This document shows, piece by piece, positions 38,859 through 52,174 of a stretch of 64,000 nt of DNA. The notes under the pieces are model-generated. The model was not told the origin of the DNA. It did no database searches and saw only the letters and a program-made list of their open reading frames with translations. Numbering within the stretch: position 1 is the stretch's first letter; each line of letters opens with the position of its first letter. The stretch spans positions 22,816,001 through 22,880,000 of the forward strand of contig NC_043016.1 in NCBI RefSeq assembly GCF_006345805.1, given 5' to 3'. The position numbers and the translations under genes are program-made. Source of the stretch: Octopus sinensis. Taxonomy: Eukaryota.

Positions 38859-41100
38859 CAGTGTGTACCTTAACTTACAAGTATCCCAACTAACGAATTT
38901 TTCAAGATAGAGCCATCTCTCGGCCGATCTTTTGCTTTGGGTTGCGAGCTAAACTTCGGGTTACGAGCCAGCTTCAGATACCCCACTGCTAGTTGGCGTA
39001 GCAAACTCCACCGTGAACACTGTAACATCTGCCCAGCATCTCGTGTCTCACTCAATAGCTAGATAGACCTGCACATTAGCAAGTGTGAAGATCATTAGTA
39101 TATGGAAAACTAGACAGACATGTGCGTTAACAAGCGCGAAAATCAATAGTGGATCATTAGCTAAACAGGTGGTAAAATGCATACTTAGTCATTGCAGGCT
39201 TCAGAATCATCAGTGTTGTGCTTGCAACTATTTTGCAAAACTTCGTTTTTCCAACCATGGGTCTGAAGAAAGTGAGTACGAAGAACAGTGGTGAGAAGAA
39301 GAAGCAGATGATGTGCATTGAATTAAAGAAAGAAATTATCTAAAAAACATTACCAAGGTATGCATATAGTTGACATGGCAAAGCAGTACGAGCATAGCAC
39401 TTCTATGACCTGCACCATACTGATGCAGAAGGAGTCAATAAAGGCTATAACGCCAACCAAGGGTGTTAAAATAATTTCTAAACAGGAGACATCTCACCCT
39501 GAAAACATGGAGAAGTTGCTGATTGTGTGGTTGACAGAGAAGCAGCTTGCAAGAGATGCCATAACCGAGGCTATAATCTGCAAGAAGGCATGAGTTATTT
39601 ACATTGATTTGCTGCAGCAGACACCAGGCACTCTTATGGACAAGGAGCCAGGTAAGTCATTTAAAGCTAGCTGGGGCTGGTTCAAGAATTTTAAAAAGCG
39701 GACCGACATTCACCCCCTTATCAGTCATGGTGAGGCAGTGAGCGCGGATATGAAGGCAGCTGAAGATTACCTCAAATCTTTTGCCGGAATTAGAGCAGCC
39801 AAAGAATACATCCCCCAGCAAGTCTTCAGCTGTGACAAGATAGGACCTTTATGGAAGATGCTAAAAAGGACTTATATAATGGTAGAGGAGAAGAGGACAC
39901 CAGGTCACAAACCCATGAAGGATAAGCAAACCTTCACACTGTGCACCAATGCGAGCAGCGACTGCAAGATTAAGCCACTGCTTGTTTATCATTCGGAAAG
40001 AACCATTAAGTCACATAAGATTCTGAAAGAAAAACTGCAGGTTATGTACAGGGCAACTCCAAGGGTGTGGGTCACCAGATAGTTATCAGTGGAGCGGGTG
40101 AATTTGGTCTTTGGTATTGATGTTAAGAAGTATCTCCAGGAAAATAACCTACTCCTGCAAGCCCTAAACTCAAAGATGACATCCTCGAAGGGTTCAAGTG
40201 TATAAAGGTTCTCTACCTTCCACCCGACACTACCCCTATCCATTAGCCCATGGTCCAACATGAGATTTCTAATTTCAAGAAGCTCTTCACCAAGCACCTG
40301 TTCCGCCACTGCTTTGAGGTGACAGAGAGCACAAACCTCACTCTTAGAGAGTTCTGGAAAGACCACTATGTCTCAAAATTATCTATATGGCCTGGCAGGG
40401 TGCTACAAAGAGGACCTTGACCTCTGTGTGGAAGAAGCTGTAGCATGAGGTTGTGTCTGAAACAGACTTTGAAAGACTCAAACCCAAAGTGGCACTGGTG
40501 GAGAAGACTGCATTCCTCAGCAAGTCCATGGGTCTGGATGTAGATAAAGGTGATATCAATGAGCTCATCGAGGAGCACTCTGAGGAACTGACAACAGAAG
40601 AACTAAAGGAGCTAGAAGATGCAGCAGCATACAGAGGTTTTGCAGGAAATAGGTGACAGAGAGGAGGTTATCTCTACAAGTACGATAAAGCAAATATTGG
40701 GAATGTGGGAGAAACTTTCAGACTTTATTCAAAAGAAACACACAGAAAAGGTTGCAACTGGGCATGCAATGGCGCTATTTAATGACACATGCCTAACTCA
40801 TTCAAGAAACACTCTGAAAGTGAGGATGAAAGGGGTTTTTTATCAAAAACACCTGCAGATGAAAGTGAGGAAAGCATGGTAAAAAGAGCAAAAATCAGTG
40901 AATAAGATTCAGTTCTCCAGTTCAGCCTTTCTCTTCCACCTCCATCAGCATCCTCAAGACATCTGATCCCCAAGGTAAATGCTATACATAATACTTAATA
41001 AAACCAGTTTATTGCTGTACATTCTATTGTATTGTTTATTTATACAATAATTGTTATTTATAAGTACATTTTTCTTATTTAAAAACATGTAATAAAACTA
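38859..41100 (+). mobile_element. Degenerate Tigger/pogo (Tc1/mariner superfamily, CENP-B-like) DNA transposon
   Basis: Broken transposase from ATG at about 39257: MGLKKVSTKNSGEKKKQMMCIELKKEII*..VDMAKQYEHSTSMTCTILMQKESIK..MEKLLIVWLTEKQLARD (CENP-B HTH), FKASWGWFKNFKKR, HKPMKDK.TF.LCTNASSDCKIKPLLVYHSE (DDE region). Left end TA|CAGTGTGTACCTTAACTTAC at 38859; right TIR not found. Confidence 0.88.
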
Positions 41101-41295
41101 CAGATTCTTGGGACGGGAAGGGCAACTTGTGTTAGATGAGTGGCAAAAGTATGAGAGAGAGGGCCAGAGCAGATCAGGTTTCTTGTTGTACAGGAGATAC
41201 ATGAAAATGCAAATTTCAGAGGAGAGGGAGCAAATGATCCAAGTGGAGAAAGGAAGCACTGTGTGTGTGTGGATGTAATGACAGGTGACTGAGAC

Positions 41296-41530
41296 TTCTT
41301 ATTTCTTTATTGCTCACAAGGGGCTAAACACAGAGGTGACAAACAAGGACAGACAAAGGGATTAAGTCGATTACATCAACCCCAGTGCATAACTGGTATT
41401 TAATTTATCGACCCCGAAAGAATGAAAAGCAAAGTCGACCTCAGTGGGATTTGAACTCAGAACATAACGGCAGACGAAACACCACTAAGCATTTCGCCCG
41501 GTGTGCTAACAATTCTGCCAACTCACCACC
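41296..41530 (-). mobile_element. Well-preserved copy of a second tRNA-like SINE (family B)
   Basis: Minus: ggtggtgagttggcagaattgttagcacaccgggcgaaatgcttagtgg...ctgagttcaaatcccactgaggtcgactttgc...gggtcgataaattaaatacc...aataaagaaataag. A- and B-box-like segments. Relatives at about 1-110, 31700-31902, 49410-49630, 58790-58900 and 59340-59510. Confidence 0.85.
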
Positions 41531-42039
41531 TTTATCAGAAGTCTCAGGTGATTGAGACTACTGGTGATTTGTTGTTAATGAGAAGACACATCAGTGACAA
41601 GAAAAAAAGCACCTATGCCAGTGACTCATAGAAAGCACCCAGTACACTCTGTTGGCATTAGGAAGGGCATCCAGCCATAGAAAACAAGCCAAAACAAACA
41701 ACTGGATCCAGGTGCAGCTCTCCAGTTTACTAGTTCCAGTCAAACCATATAACCCATGCCAGCATAGAAAACAGATATTAAATGATGATGATGATATAAA
41801 GTGACAGAAAAAGTACAGTGAAATTGCTGCAAGATATGGAGCAGCCAACATTTTGGACCAAGTTCTTCTGGGTAAAGATGATTGGAGGGAAATAAAACAA
41901 TGATAACCATCTTTTACAAGCATATGTTTAAGAAACTAGTGGTAATTGATGAGGAATACAAGAGAACATTATTTTCATACATAGACAGTAGTCACTGAGC
42001 AGAGATCATCATCATACCAAATTTATTGTGCAGAATATT

Positions 42040-42550
42040 CTCAACTCTCTCACGGAATAGCATTGGCTATTTGGTTTATAGTCAATCACCAGCAATCCGT
42101 TACCATGTGGTGAACACGATCAATGTCTTCCTCAGTGGTGAACACGATCAATGTCTTCCTCAGTGGTGGCAGATGCAGGATGTCCAGATTTGGGTCACCT
42201 TCAAGACTCTCCTTTCTCCTCCTAAATTCAGCTACCCACTTTTGCACTGTTAATAAAGCTGGAGTGTCGTCCCCTAATGTAGCAACCATATCATTATGAA
42301 TGTCGATGGGAGCTAAACCCTTTTCTTGCAGGTACTTGACAACACCACAATGCCAAATTTTGTCCATTTTTAAGAGAAATCTCTACTGGTTACTTTTGAA
42401 GTCTTCTTTGAACAGTCAGATGTCAGTTTACCTAGAAAGAAATAATGCAGTTATTAATAAGAAGAGTTTTAAATAAATACATGTAAGATTTCACAGCTCT
42501 AACATTACTCTTTCATAGTCAGCCTATGAACTTTTCAGCCCACCTTTGTA
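42040..42550 (-). mobile_element. Mariner remnant (5' TIR and N-terminal HTH)
   Basis: Minus strand starts TA-CAAAGGTGGGCTGAAAAGTTCATAGG (mariner-type TIR at 42548). ORF MDKIWHCGVVKYLQEKGLAPIDIHNDMVATLGDDTPALLTVQKWVAEFRRRKESLEGDP. Contains a 28-bp tandem duplication near 42110-42170. Confidence 0.85.
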
Positions 42551-43337
42551 TATCCAGATTGTAAATTTACATTTCTATCACTCATAATTGGTACACTTGG
42601 TTTTGTGAGTAGATGCCTGAATGACAATCCGGATAAGTTTGGTTTTTCAGAAAAAAAATTCAAGCACATTACACATATTATCTGTAAGGGGAGCAGAAAA
42701 ATATGAAAGAATATTTTCAAGTTTAAAATGTGACATTGCTTTTGTTATCAACATTCCAATGATGGAGCTTTGTAACTTTGTTAGAAACCAAGTCTTTCCA
42801 CCGCAGAAGAATTAGAATAATTAGAAACAAACATCTGTATGTACATACATGCATGCATGCATGCATACATGCATACATACATACATACATACATACATAC
42901 ATAAAGCTGAAGATAAGTGAAAAAGAGAATACCTATGCTGAACTATTGAGAAGCCTGCTGTTACTCTATCTTGATTACGAATTCAGGTTTATACCTACAA
43001 TTATTGGGGCCTGGGATATGTAACACACTGCCTAAATATCAATCTTGAGAAATTAGACTTCTCAAAACCAGAAAGAAGAAAGCTAATTCTAAGACTTAGA
43101 CTGTAATTGTAAAAATCTGTAAAACTTTGCAAAAGTTTATCATTTAAATATATATGAGCATGTCTAGATATTCAACTATATGCTTGAGAATACATACATA
43201 AAACATACAAATCTGCACGTATACATACATACAAACATAAATACCCTGTTGTTGGTGTTGAAATTCCAATGAAGAAGCCTTGGATCTAGGTTAGAAACTT
43301 TTTTTTTTCTATTAACAAGAAATTTTGAAATAAAACT

Positions 43338-43552
43338 GAACAATAACATGCATGCATGCATACATATATACATACATATGTACATACATATGTACATACA
43401 TACATACATACATACATACATACATACATACATACATACATACATACATACATACATACATGCATGCATGCATACATACATACATACATACATACATACA
43501 TACATACGTACATACATACATACATACATACATATACGCATACATACATCTG
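43338..43552. repeat. (TACA)n / (CATG)n microsatellite
   Basis: Direct reading of the sequence. Confidence 0.95.
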
Positions 43553-43599
43553 TCTATCTATCTATATCTTCTGATCAGAAAGGTGGACCATTATGACAC

Positions 43600-44850
43600 T
43601 TCCAGAAACTTGGTAGACTGTAACTGGTTAGTAAGCAATTATTAGTAAATACATTGCTTCTTCTACCAGGTGAATTTTTCCACATTGTGTTACAAACAGG
43701 ATTTGACAGGCATTCATACAAAACAGCAGGAGGAATAAGTAAGATTTCATTCCAGCTACTCTTGAACTGTACAAATTTTAATATTGAGAGATATTGTGCC
43801 TTTGACAGCATCAATTGAGAATCACTATGGAAACAGCATCCCTCAACAATATGTCATTATATTTGAGAATCTATGAGAAGTACATGCCCTGTCGTATCAA
43901 GACATATACTGGCCAGACTGTAAACTCAGCATTATTACTGGTGTCTGAGAGGGTTTCAAGAATCTCTAAGAAGACTTCAGTTGCTGCTGTATCAGGTCAG
44001 ACACTGGCCTGACTGAAAACTTTAGTATCATTGCTGGCATCTACATATTCTTATTGCTTCTCCTCCTGCCAGTAATTGACATTTTGATAAGGAAGCTGAG
44101 CAATCAATACTGGCTCTGAAGGGATGCAGTGCAGTGAAATGAAAAGATTTTATGAACTGCACTTTGCTGATGACAATACATTTCTGGCAGAAACAAGAGC
44201 TGAGCTGCCAGAACTATTAAGCACAAAGAACAAGTGGGGAAAATCAAGCTAGAATTAAAAGTGAAAAAAGATCCCAAAGTGATACCGATGAATGCATACC
44301 TCAGCTTTCAATCTTTATTGGACAACAGATTGAGGAATATTTAGGCAATTTCTCCTTCGCAGGCAGTGAAATCTGTAGTGATGGAAGTATAAAAAGTGAA
44401 GTAAACAATAGAAAAGGCAAATCTGGGACCATTTCCAGTAAATGCACAAAATTTGAATAACAAGCATCAGTTATGACAGGAAGCCTCAACTGTTCTACCA
44501 ACAGTTCCATATGGCGGGGAAATATGGAAAATGACAGCATAACCAAAAAGATGAACACATTCCACTCTTGATGCCAATGGAAGATCCTCAAAGTCATCTA
44601 GAGAGTAGAATTGCAAATGAGGAAATCTTTCTGCAAAACGAATATCAGACAATGATAGCATCATGAACCTGTATCAGTTTCATGTAGCAAGTCATAAATG
44701 GTGCCAGCCACTCACTCAGCATATAAAGGCTGTACTTATATATGGACACAAGATGAAGGGAAACAGGTGAAAGGCTGGCCCAAGAACTTGTGGTGCCAAA
44801 CATTCCAAGACTTCTAATGCAGTCAGATGAACAAAAATAACTACAGTAAA
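43600..44850 (+). mobile_element. Heavily decayed LINE reverse transcriptase remnant (RTE-like)
   Basis: In-frame fragments AFDSIN*ESLWK (about 43798-43835) and LHFADDNTFLAETRAELPELL (about 44157-44220), then FQYLG-like and ..SSMEWR...WKILKV-like remnants. Confidence 0.7.
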
Positions 44851-44889
44851 TTAGTTCATGCAGGAAGATACTACCTTATGCACCCCACA

Positions 44890-45595
44890 ACCTAGTAAAT
44901 TATATATAGTTGAAATTTACAGAAAAACAAAAGCCAAAGACAGGTGTATGAACAACAAGCATGTATATTAGTTTGATGCTGGGGGAAAATGAGAAAGTCT
45001 TTTACATTTCGAGCCTATGCTCTTCAACTGAAAGGAATAAGAGAAAATAAGCAGAGAGAGAATAAAAGAAAACTTGTGGATTTAGTGGTCAAGCATGGCA
45101 ACTGGTTAGAAAAATGTTTGACGGATAGAGAGAAGGGGAGATAATAAAGTATTGGTGATCCCAAAACAAAGGTTTGTGTGTGTATGTGTAAGTGTGTGAG
45201 TGGATAGGGGCTAGTGGCTTTGATGTGTGTGGATGTGTGCATCTGTAATATGTGGGTGATGGTGTGTAGGTGTGCAGGTGATGGTGTGGGTACTGGGAAG
45301 TGGTCAGTGCTAGTGTGTGTGGAATTGTGGGGTGGCTGGAGGGGTATCAATGAAAGGAGAAGGTGGTTTGAAGTGAAGAAAGGAAGTGTCAGATGAAGAG
45401 AGGAGAGGAGTTGAGCCCATGTGACACAAAGGAGTGAAGAGAGAAGATTAATTCCTGTTCATGGTGAAGGTGGGAGTCTGGATGGCCCCTGTGCAAAGAC
45501 AATCCGAACACAGACAGGTGTTGTAGTGAATGACTGGTAAAGCAGAAATGGGGTGTCATTGCTGAGTCTAATGTCTCAGAGGTGCTCTACGAACT
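44890..45595 (-). mobile_element. Penelope-like element 3' fragment (GIY-YIG endonuclease C-terminus and terminal repeat region)
   Basis: QFVEHL*DIRLSNDTP.. and QHLSVFGLSLHRGHPDSHLHHEQELIFSLHSFVSHGLNSSPLFI* resemble the PLE GIY-YIG C-terminal E..LI..L....P.GLN motif. Confidence 0.65.
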
Positions 45596-45886
45596 GCTGT
45601 GTGTGTGTGTGTATCATCATCAACATCATCATTGTTTAATGCCCACTTTTCTATACTTGCATAGGTGAAACAAATTTGTTGAGACAAATTTTCTACAACC
45701 AGATGCACTTCCAAACAAGGTAATATTTTACCATGGCCCAGTATGCTTTCCATGACTGGAAATGAATAACATTGCTTCTGTGATAGCAATGCTTATTTAC
45801 AACCATCCAATGATATGAAAATAAGGGGACATATACAATCATATGCAGACATGCATACATACATAATATCTATCTATATATATCTA

Positions 45887-45924
<38 letters not shown>

Positions 45925-45929
45925 CACCA

Positions 45930-48050
45930 GCGGGAGAACAACACACAATTCTCAAATACGATATTGAAATGATATTGAAATTAGTCTCAAATATAATATT
46001 GAAATTTAAAAAATTCGAAAGAAATTTTCTTAATGCCTTCTTAATTCTCTCAATCTCTGGTTAAGATAAACCATTTACTGCCAAGAGTGTGTCATCCCTA
46101 TAAAACCCACCAGAGACTTTTGGAAAGTTTTTCTTAATTTGAGACAGGAGATACGGGCCCACAAGGTCTGTCAGCTGGGCTGAATCTGACGAACCCATAG
46201 TGATGTTGAAGTAGATTCTCGAGTCACTTCTAATCCAATTATGGTCCTAAATTTAAGGATTTTCTCGCTGTCAAAATAATGTCAATATTTGATTGAGGGA
46301 TGTTAGCAAAATCATGGGCAGATATCAATGCCTTGTTCAATACTATTGGAAAAATAGTGGCATAATAGTTCAAAATGTCAAATTGTATAAAACAAGCATG
46401 TTTCTTATTTGGGAGGCAATGGAACCATATTATTACATCCCCAGTTGAGTTCCATAGAGGGAGTTAAACATTATCTTTGACCACTGGCATTATTCTGTCC
46501 AATATGCATTTGCATATTTATCCCAAATGAGATTTCGTAGGTTTCGAACAGAAGTTAGTTTTATGATCTTTTAACGTAAAGTGGGGGGTTCTTGGTACAT
46601 ATAGTTCAGTTCTGTCTTGTAAGTTCAAATTTGAGATAAGTTTATAGTGTATTTTACTATTATACTTGAGTGCTGTATCCTTTGCATGTTTATAGTTGGT
46701 AAACTTCAAAATAATTTTATCATAGATATCACAAGGCAGTAAGTAAGTGTTGCCTGTTTTATCAGAGAACACATGTAGATTAGGTGATCGTTTTATCTTT
46801 GAATTCCTGAGAGCATTTTCTACAAGGAGTTGATGTGCTTAGAGAACTTTAAGGTTTTTATGGGGTGCATTAAATTTTTTTTCAAAATTAACCAATGCTA
46901 GGTTTGAAGGAGGGTTTTTTTTGTATGATTTTAAATTATAATTGTCCTTTTCATTAGGTTGTTTGGATTTAGCATTGTAAAAGAAAGCTGTCCATCTTAA
47001 TCTGTTTATGAATTTAGTAGTCTCATGTAGAAGGAATTCCATATATGTGTCCCTGAATAGTATAGGAATGTTTTTGGTAGAAATGCCTAAAATTTGTTTT
47101 TCTATTATTGTAATCTATGAGAAGTACTCAATAGAGCAATTTTACTCCCATCAGCCCTTGTAAAAACTTCCACAATTTGCATAGCTATGTCTGCTCTTTC
47201 GTAAAGGCATCCAATTTTCTTATACCTTTGTAAAGAACTGAATGCATATCTAGCATAAACATAATTTTTCCCTGATGAAGGGAGTATTCTCTGGAAATAA
47301 ATCTTAAGATTCATCTGTAATTCGGATGAATGAACTCCAGAAACAATTGTTGGAACACTATATTTTCTTCTAACATGTAACTCAAAACTCTTTTTAATGC
47401 TTGTCACTTTCTTTATACTTTATTTTAATTTTTTTAAAAACGTCTTTTATTTATATTCCATTATTATTTTTATCCATATCCTATTATCATTATGTTTATA
47501 TATCTATATGTCCATGAATATTTTTAGTATTCATATATTTTTATATTCCTATATTTTTATATCTGTAATATATCAATATATGTTTCAGTCTGGACAATTC
47601 TTATTTTATCTTAACTAAACCCATATGTGTTAATCGTAGTCTACCTGATTTGAACTTTTTATCCACTATACGTATATATATATATATACAAGATAAGAAA
47701 ATGGAGAAATACATCTAAATCAAATATCAATTACCAGATAATACTCAATCACATACTTTATTAAACAACCACATAAGAGACTGTATGGTTAGATATAAAA
47801 GCAGAACAAATCAGTGTACATAAATGAATGTACATAAAAAAGTAATGTTGTATAATAAGTAGAATATATATAAAAGAGAATATAAATATAAGTAAATATA
47901 AATATAAGTATAGATTACATCTTACAGCTGTTTCGGCCATGTAGATAAGTATGTCTCATTTTACCAATATTAGCCCTTTATGGTAGGTCAATATATAGAT
48001 ATAAATGAGACATTTACAAAATATCATAAGGCCTCTTCGGAGATTCTTTT
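45930..48050 (-). mobile_element. Degenerate Penelope-like element (RT remnant plus upstream hammerhead-containing region)
   Basis: Fragments STKNIP..TTKFINRLRWTAFF..KSYKKNPP, SDKTGNTY, PHFTLKDHKTNF..KPTKSHLG and GGFYRDD (YRDD at 46091-46102) follow PLE RT consensus order; many stops and frameshifts. Confidence 0.82.
47919..48044 (-). ncRNA. Type I hammerhead-ribozyme-like motif of a Penelope-like element (one core substitution)
   Basis: Minus strand: ATCT-CCGAAGA-GGCC-[~90 nt]-GGCC-GAAA-CAGCTG-TA|AGAT. Stem I ATCT/AGAT, stem II GGCC/GGCC extended by an 11-bp inverted repeat (ATGTCTCATTT/AAATGAGACAT), palindromic stem III CAGCTG; CUGA appears as CCGA. Confidence 0.7.
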
Positions 48051-48337
48051 ACTTGTTTCAGATATTTGACTGCAGCTATGCTGGAGTACCGCCTTTAGTC
48101 AAACAAATTTACCCCAGGACTTATTCTATCAGTCTCTTATGCCAAACCACTAAGTTATGGAGACACACACATACACATATACATCAGGCTTCCTTCAGTT
48201 TCCGTCTACCAAATCCACTCACAAGGATTTGGTCAGCCTGAGGCTATAGGAGAAGACACTTACCAAATGTACCATGCAGTGGGACTGGACCCAGATCCAT
48301 GTGGTTGGTAAGTAAAATACTTACCACACAGCCACCC
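48050..48337 (-). mobile_element. SINE family A copy
   Basis: tacttgtttcagatatttgactgcagctatgctggag...ggcttccttcagtttccgtctaccaaatccactcacaagg...accacacagccac. Confidence 0.85.
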
Positions 48338-48499
48338 CTGCAACTGATCATCAGATCCATTTATAAGGCATTGGTTGGCCCAAGGTGCTGTGCAGTGGAA
48401 CTAAACTCAAGACTGTATGGTTGGGAAGCAAGCTTATTAACCCCATAGCTATGCCTGCACCTATATATTTTTGAAATGCATTCTGGAGGAGACCTATTC

Positions 48500-48790
48500 T
48501 CATGTCACTCACCAACAGGCGCTAGATTTAGAAAAGTTTAATGAAGCAATGTTGTTATTGTAGACATCAGCAAAGCCTTGAACTGTGTCTAGCATACAAA
48601 TACCCTATCAAAACTTCTTGCATGTGGGCTTCAAGAAGTTCTTCACATACTCAGTCAGTTTTGGTCTACTTCAGGGTTCAATTTTCTTCTACTTGTCTCC
48701 TTCTGTGCGTCAGTGACCTACATTTGCTACATACACCATAGCACAGTTCATTCCACCCTAACCTTCTCCAACTGTGCATTATCCACACAA
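48500..48790 (+). mobile_element. Small decayed LINE RT fragment (CR1/Jockey-like)
   Basis: VDISKALNCV*H..LSKLLACG and FGLLQGS..LCVSDL resemble DISKAFD.V.H..LL.KL..YG and GVPQGS..F..F.NDL. Confidence 0.5.
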
Positions 48791-49774
48791 AGCTTTGACA
48801 TCACATACTAAATCTGTATTGATTCTATAAACTGAGACCTTGGAGCATCCGCTAGTAGGACCGTGCCAACCTCATCTCTTTTTAATAACAAAAATGCTCA
48901 AGTGCTACTCCTATCAAACGAACACCACCACCACCACCACACAACATCCCTAAATCAGAGTAGCACTCAGCTACTGCCCTGACAGACACTCAAAATTACT
49001 ATTATATAAGATCTCACTTGGTGATAATACATCATTAACATAGTTCGTAGCTCATTCCCAAACCGGGCCCTTTTCTTCAGGACCAGAAAATATTTCAGAC
49101 ACTAACAAATGATCACACACACAACACACACTCACTCACACGCACACAAACACACACATTCTCACACATGCACACTCACACACACACACACACATGCACA
49201 CACTCTTACACATACAGATACACACATTCACTCACACACACACTCACACACTTGTACACACACACACTCACACACTTGTACACACACACACACTCACACA
49301 AATATATATATATATATATATACATCTATACATACATTCATTCAACTGGTTGAATAAGCCAGTAAGTGAAACTTAATGATTAATTTGACTCTAAATATTT
49401 AATCATCCTAAAGTGGCAAGCTAGCAGAATTGTTAACACACCAGGCAAAATGCTTGGTGGCATTTCGTCCCCTTTACATTCTGAGTTCAAATTCTGCCAA
49501 GGTCAACATTGCCTTTCATCTGTTTGGGGTCAATAAAATAAGCACCTGTTGAACACTGGGGGGGGGGGGCAATGTAATCAACATAACCCCTGCCTCGAAA
49601 TTTCTGGCCTTGGGCCAAAATTTGAAACCAGAGTTTAATCAGCCTATGAGTAAATATTCCATTGTTGTTCGTAAACTAGCTTAATTTAACACACCTACAT
49701 ACACAAGAATATATATGTAGATATATATTAGAGAGAGCACAGGCGACAGATTGGGAAAGAGAGAGAGTGTGGGA

Positions 49775-49814
<40 letters not shown>

Positions 49815-52174
49815 AAATAGAGAACAGGCAGATATGATAGCAACCAAGATAAGAAAAGCTATGGTAAAAACTGTTAAGTTGTCGATGCGGTCTTATTATC
49901 TTGCAATGCTGATAAAATTTTATCAAGAGAAGAATAAAGTGAATTTGATATTATTTTATTCTTTTACTTGTTTCTTTGTACAGTAGTCATTGGATGTAGT
50001 CATGCTGGAGCACCTCATTGAAGGATTTAGCAGATCAAATTAACTTACTATTTATTTTATGTTCGGTCCTGATTTTTATCATTCTCTGGTTGGTGAACTG
50101 CTACATTACAGGGATGCAAACAAATCAATATCCGTTGCCACACACACACACACACACACTCACATATACACTCACACATTGGTATATATGGTTAAGAAGT
50201 TTGCTTTGCAAGTACATGGTTTCAGGTTCAAACCCACTGTGTAGCACCTTGGACAATTGTGTTCAACTATAGCCCTAAACCAACCAAAGCATTGTAAATG
50301 GATTTTATAGAAAGAAACTGAAGGAAGCTCAATGTACTGTGTACTGTGTGTGTGTGTGCATATGTTTATGTTTGAGTGTCACTCTCATACAAGCAATGTC
50401 ATTCCTTTCCAATACTCAACAAGTGCATGTCTGGCCATAGAGAAATATTACCTTGCTTGGAAACAGGTGAAGACTGGCAACATGAAGGGTGTCTGGTCAT
50501 TGAAAATTTGCTTCAGTAAACTCCATTAAACCTATGTAAGGATGAAAAACTGTACATTAAAATGCTGCTGCTGATGATGATATATCATGACTGTGCAATA
50601 AGAAGCTTGCTTCTCAACCACATGGTTCTGGGTTTAGTCCTACAGCATGGCACCTTGGGCAAATGTCTTCCACTACAGCCTTGAGCTGATCAATAGAATA
50701 AGCACCAAGCTTAAAAAGAAAAAAAACAAAGTACTGGGATTGATTCATTCAACTAAAAATTCTTCAACACAGTGCTGTAGCATGGCCGCAAATTCTACTG
50801 ATGGAAACAAGTAAAAGATAAAAGAGATATGTCTGCTATGTAAGTTTACATATATTATGTCATATCATGATATTGTGTGGACAGAGATCTCCATCAACAG
50901 GCTGCTGATATATAAAATAAACTGTTAAATACATATAATAGGCAAATTAGTTACCCCAGTTCTCTGAGGCTGCTGCAATTGCTGTGTATATAAACAGACT
51001 GGCTACTTGTTTCTCTAGAATTGGTCAAATAATGCAAATGGAATTTTCATCTAACAAAAGATTAGCAGGCATGGCTGTGTGGTAAGAAGCTTGCTTCCTA
51101 CCCACATGGTAGTCCCACTGGGATTATGTATGCTTACCTTGCAAAGGATGAATACAAATTGAAATAGAGAATATCTGCATGAATCCATATCTAGAAATGG
51201 TCTCATCTGTCTTAACACAAGATATCAAAAGCAAGCTGGCAAGCAGTGGACACTCACATACCCAAATGCTACAAAAGCAAAATTAGACTATATATTCCTA
51301 GACAAAAAATGGACAAACATGAACTGCATCACATTTGATACATTTGATAATGTTTCCTCTAACCACAGGATAATACCAGCTAAAATTCATCTCAGTCTAA
51401 GATCAAACAAAAAGCCTGAAACCAAATGTAAGTGCTATCTCTAGCAAATCCTGATATATGCGATCAATTTGTAATTACATTAAGAAACAAATATGAAGCC
51501 CTACAAAATACTTCTGAAACCATCATCACTCCCAACATAGAGTAGGAAAATTTTGTTGCTGCACAAAAGCAAGCAGAGGATGAGTATATCCCTCTGAAAC
51601 CAAAAGTTAAACGTTGAGTTCCCTGAGAAACTGCAGCTGTTATTAAAAAGAGAGAAACATGCAGAGAGATTTCTAAATGGAAAAGAACAAACCCTACATG
51701 ATCAAACCTAAAGCAGTTAACTAAAGTAGGGAATAAATTAGCCATGGAACATCATAAAGAGCAAGATCTTTATATACAAAAACAAAAACAATGTCAAAGT
51801 TTCCATTGACAGTAAACAACCATCTATGGCCTGGAATATTGTAAAGAAAGAAAGCAGAAGAAAGAGCTGCTCAAAATCTAAACTGAAAGCAGAAAGTGAA
51901 GTTGAACAACTCAAAGTGAAGTTGCTGCCTTAAAGACATATTTGGTAAACCTCCTGAAATTACTAACTTTGAAATTAAAAAGATCGTTCATCATTATCAC
52001 AACATACTGCTTGGGGAGTTTTCTGTAGATGAACTGGAAGCAGTCCTAAAACCATTAAAGAACAGAGAGGCAGCTGGTTTGGATGAAATCCCACCTGAAG
52101 TTTGGAAAACAGGAGAATTTAATGATATTCTTCTTCAGCTCTGTAATGCTACATACCATCAAAACCATATAGAG

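Noticed and set aside
41296-41530. tRNA gene
   Set aside because: A/B-box-like head continues into a SINE body and tail, and many decayed copies exist; no full cloverleaf.
43176-43645. MYVC/HTYI repeat ORFs
   Set aside because: (TACA)n microsatellite translations.
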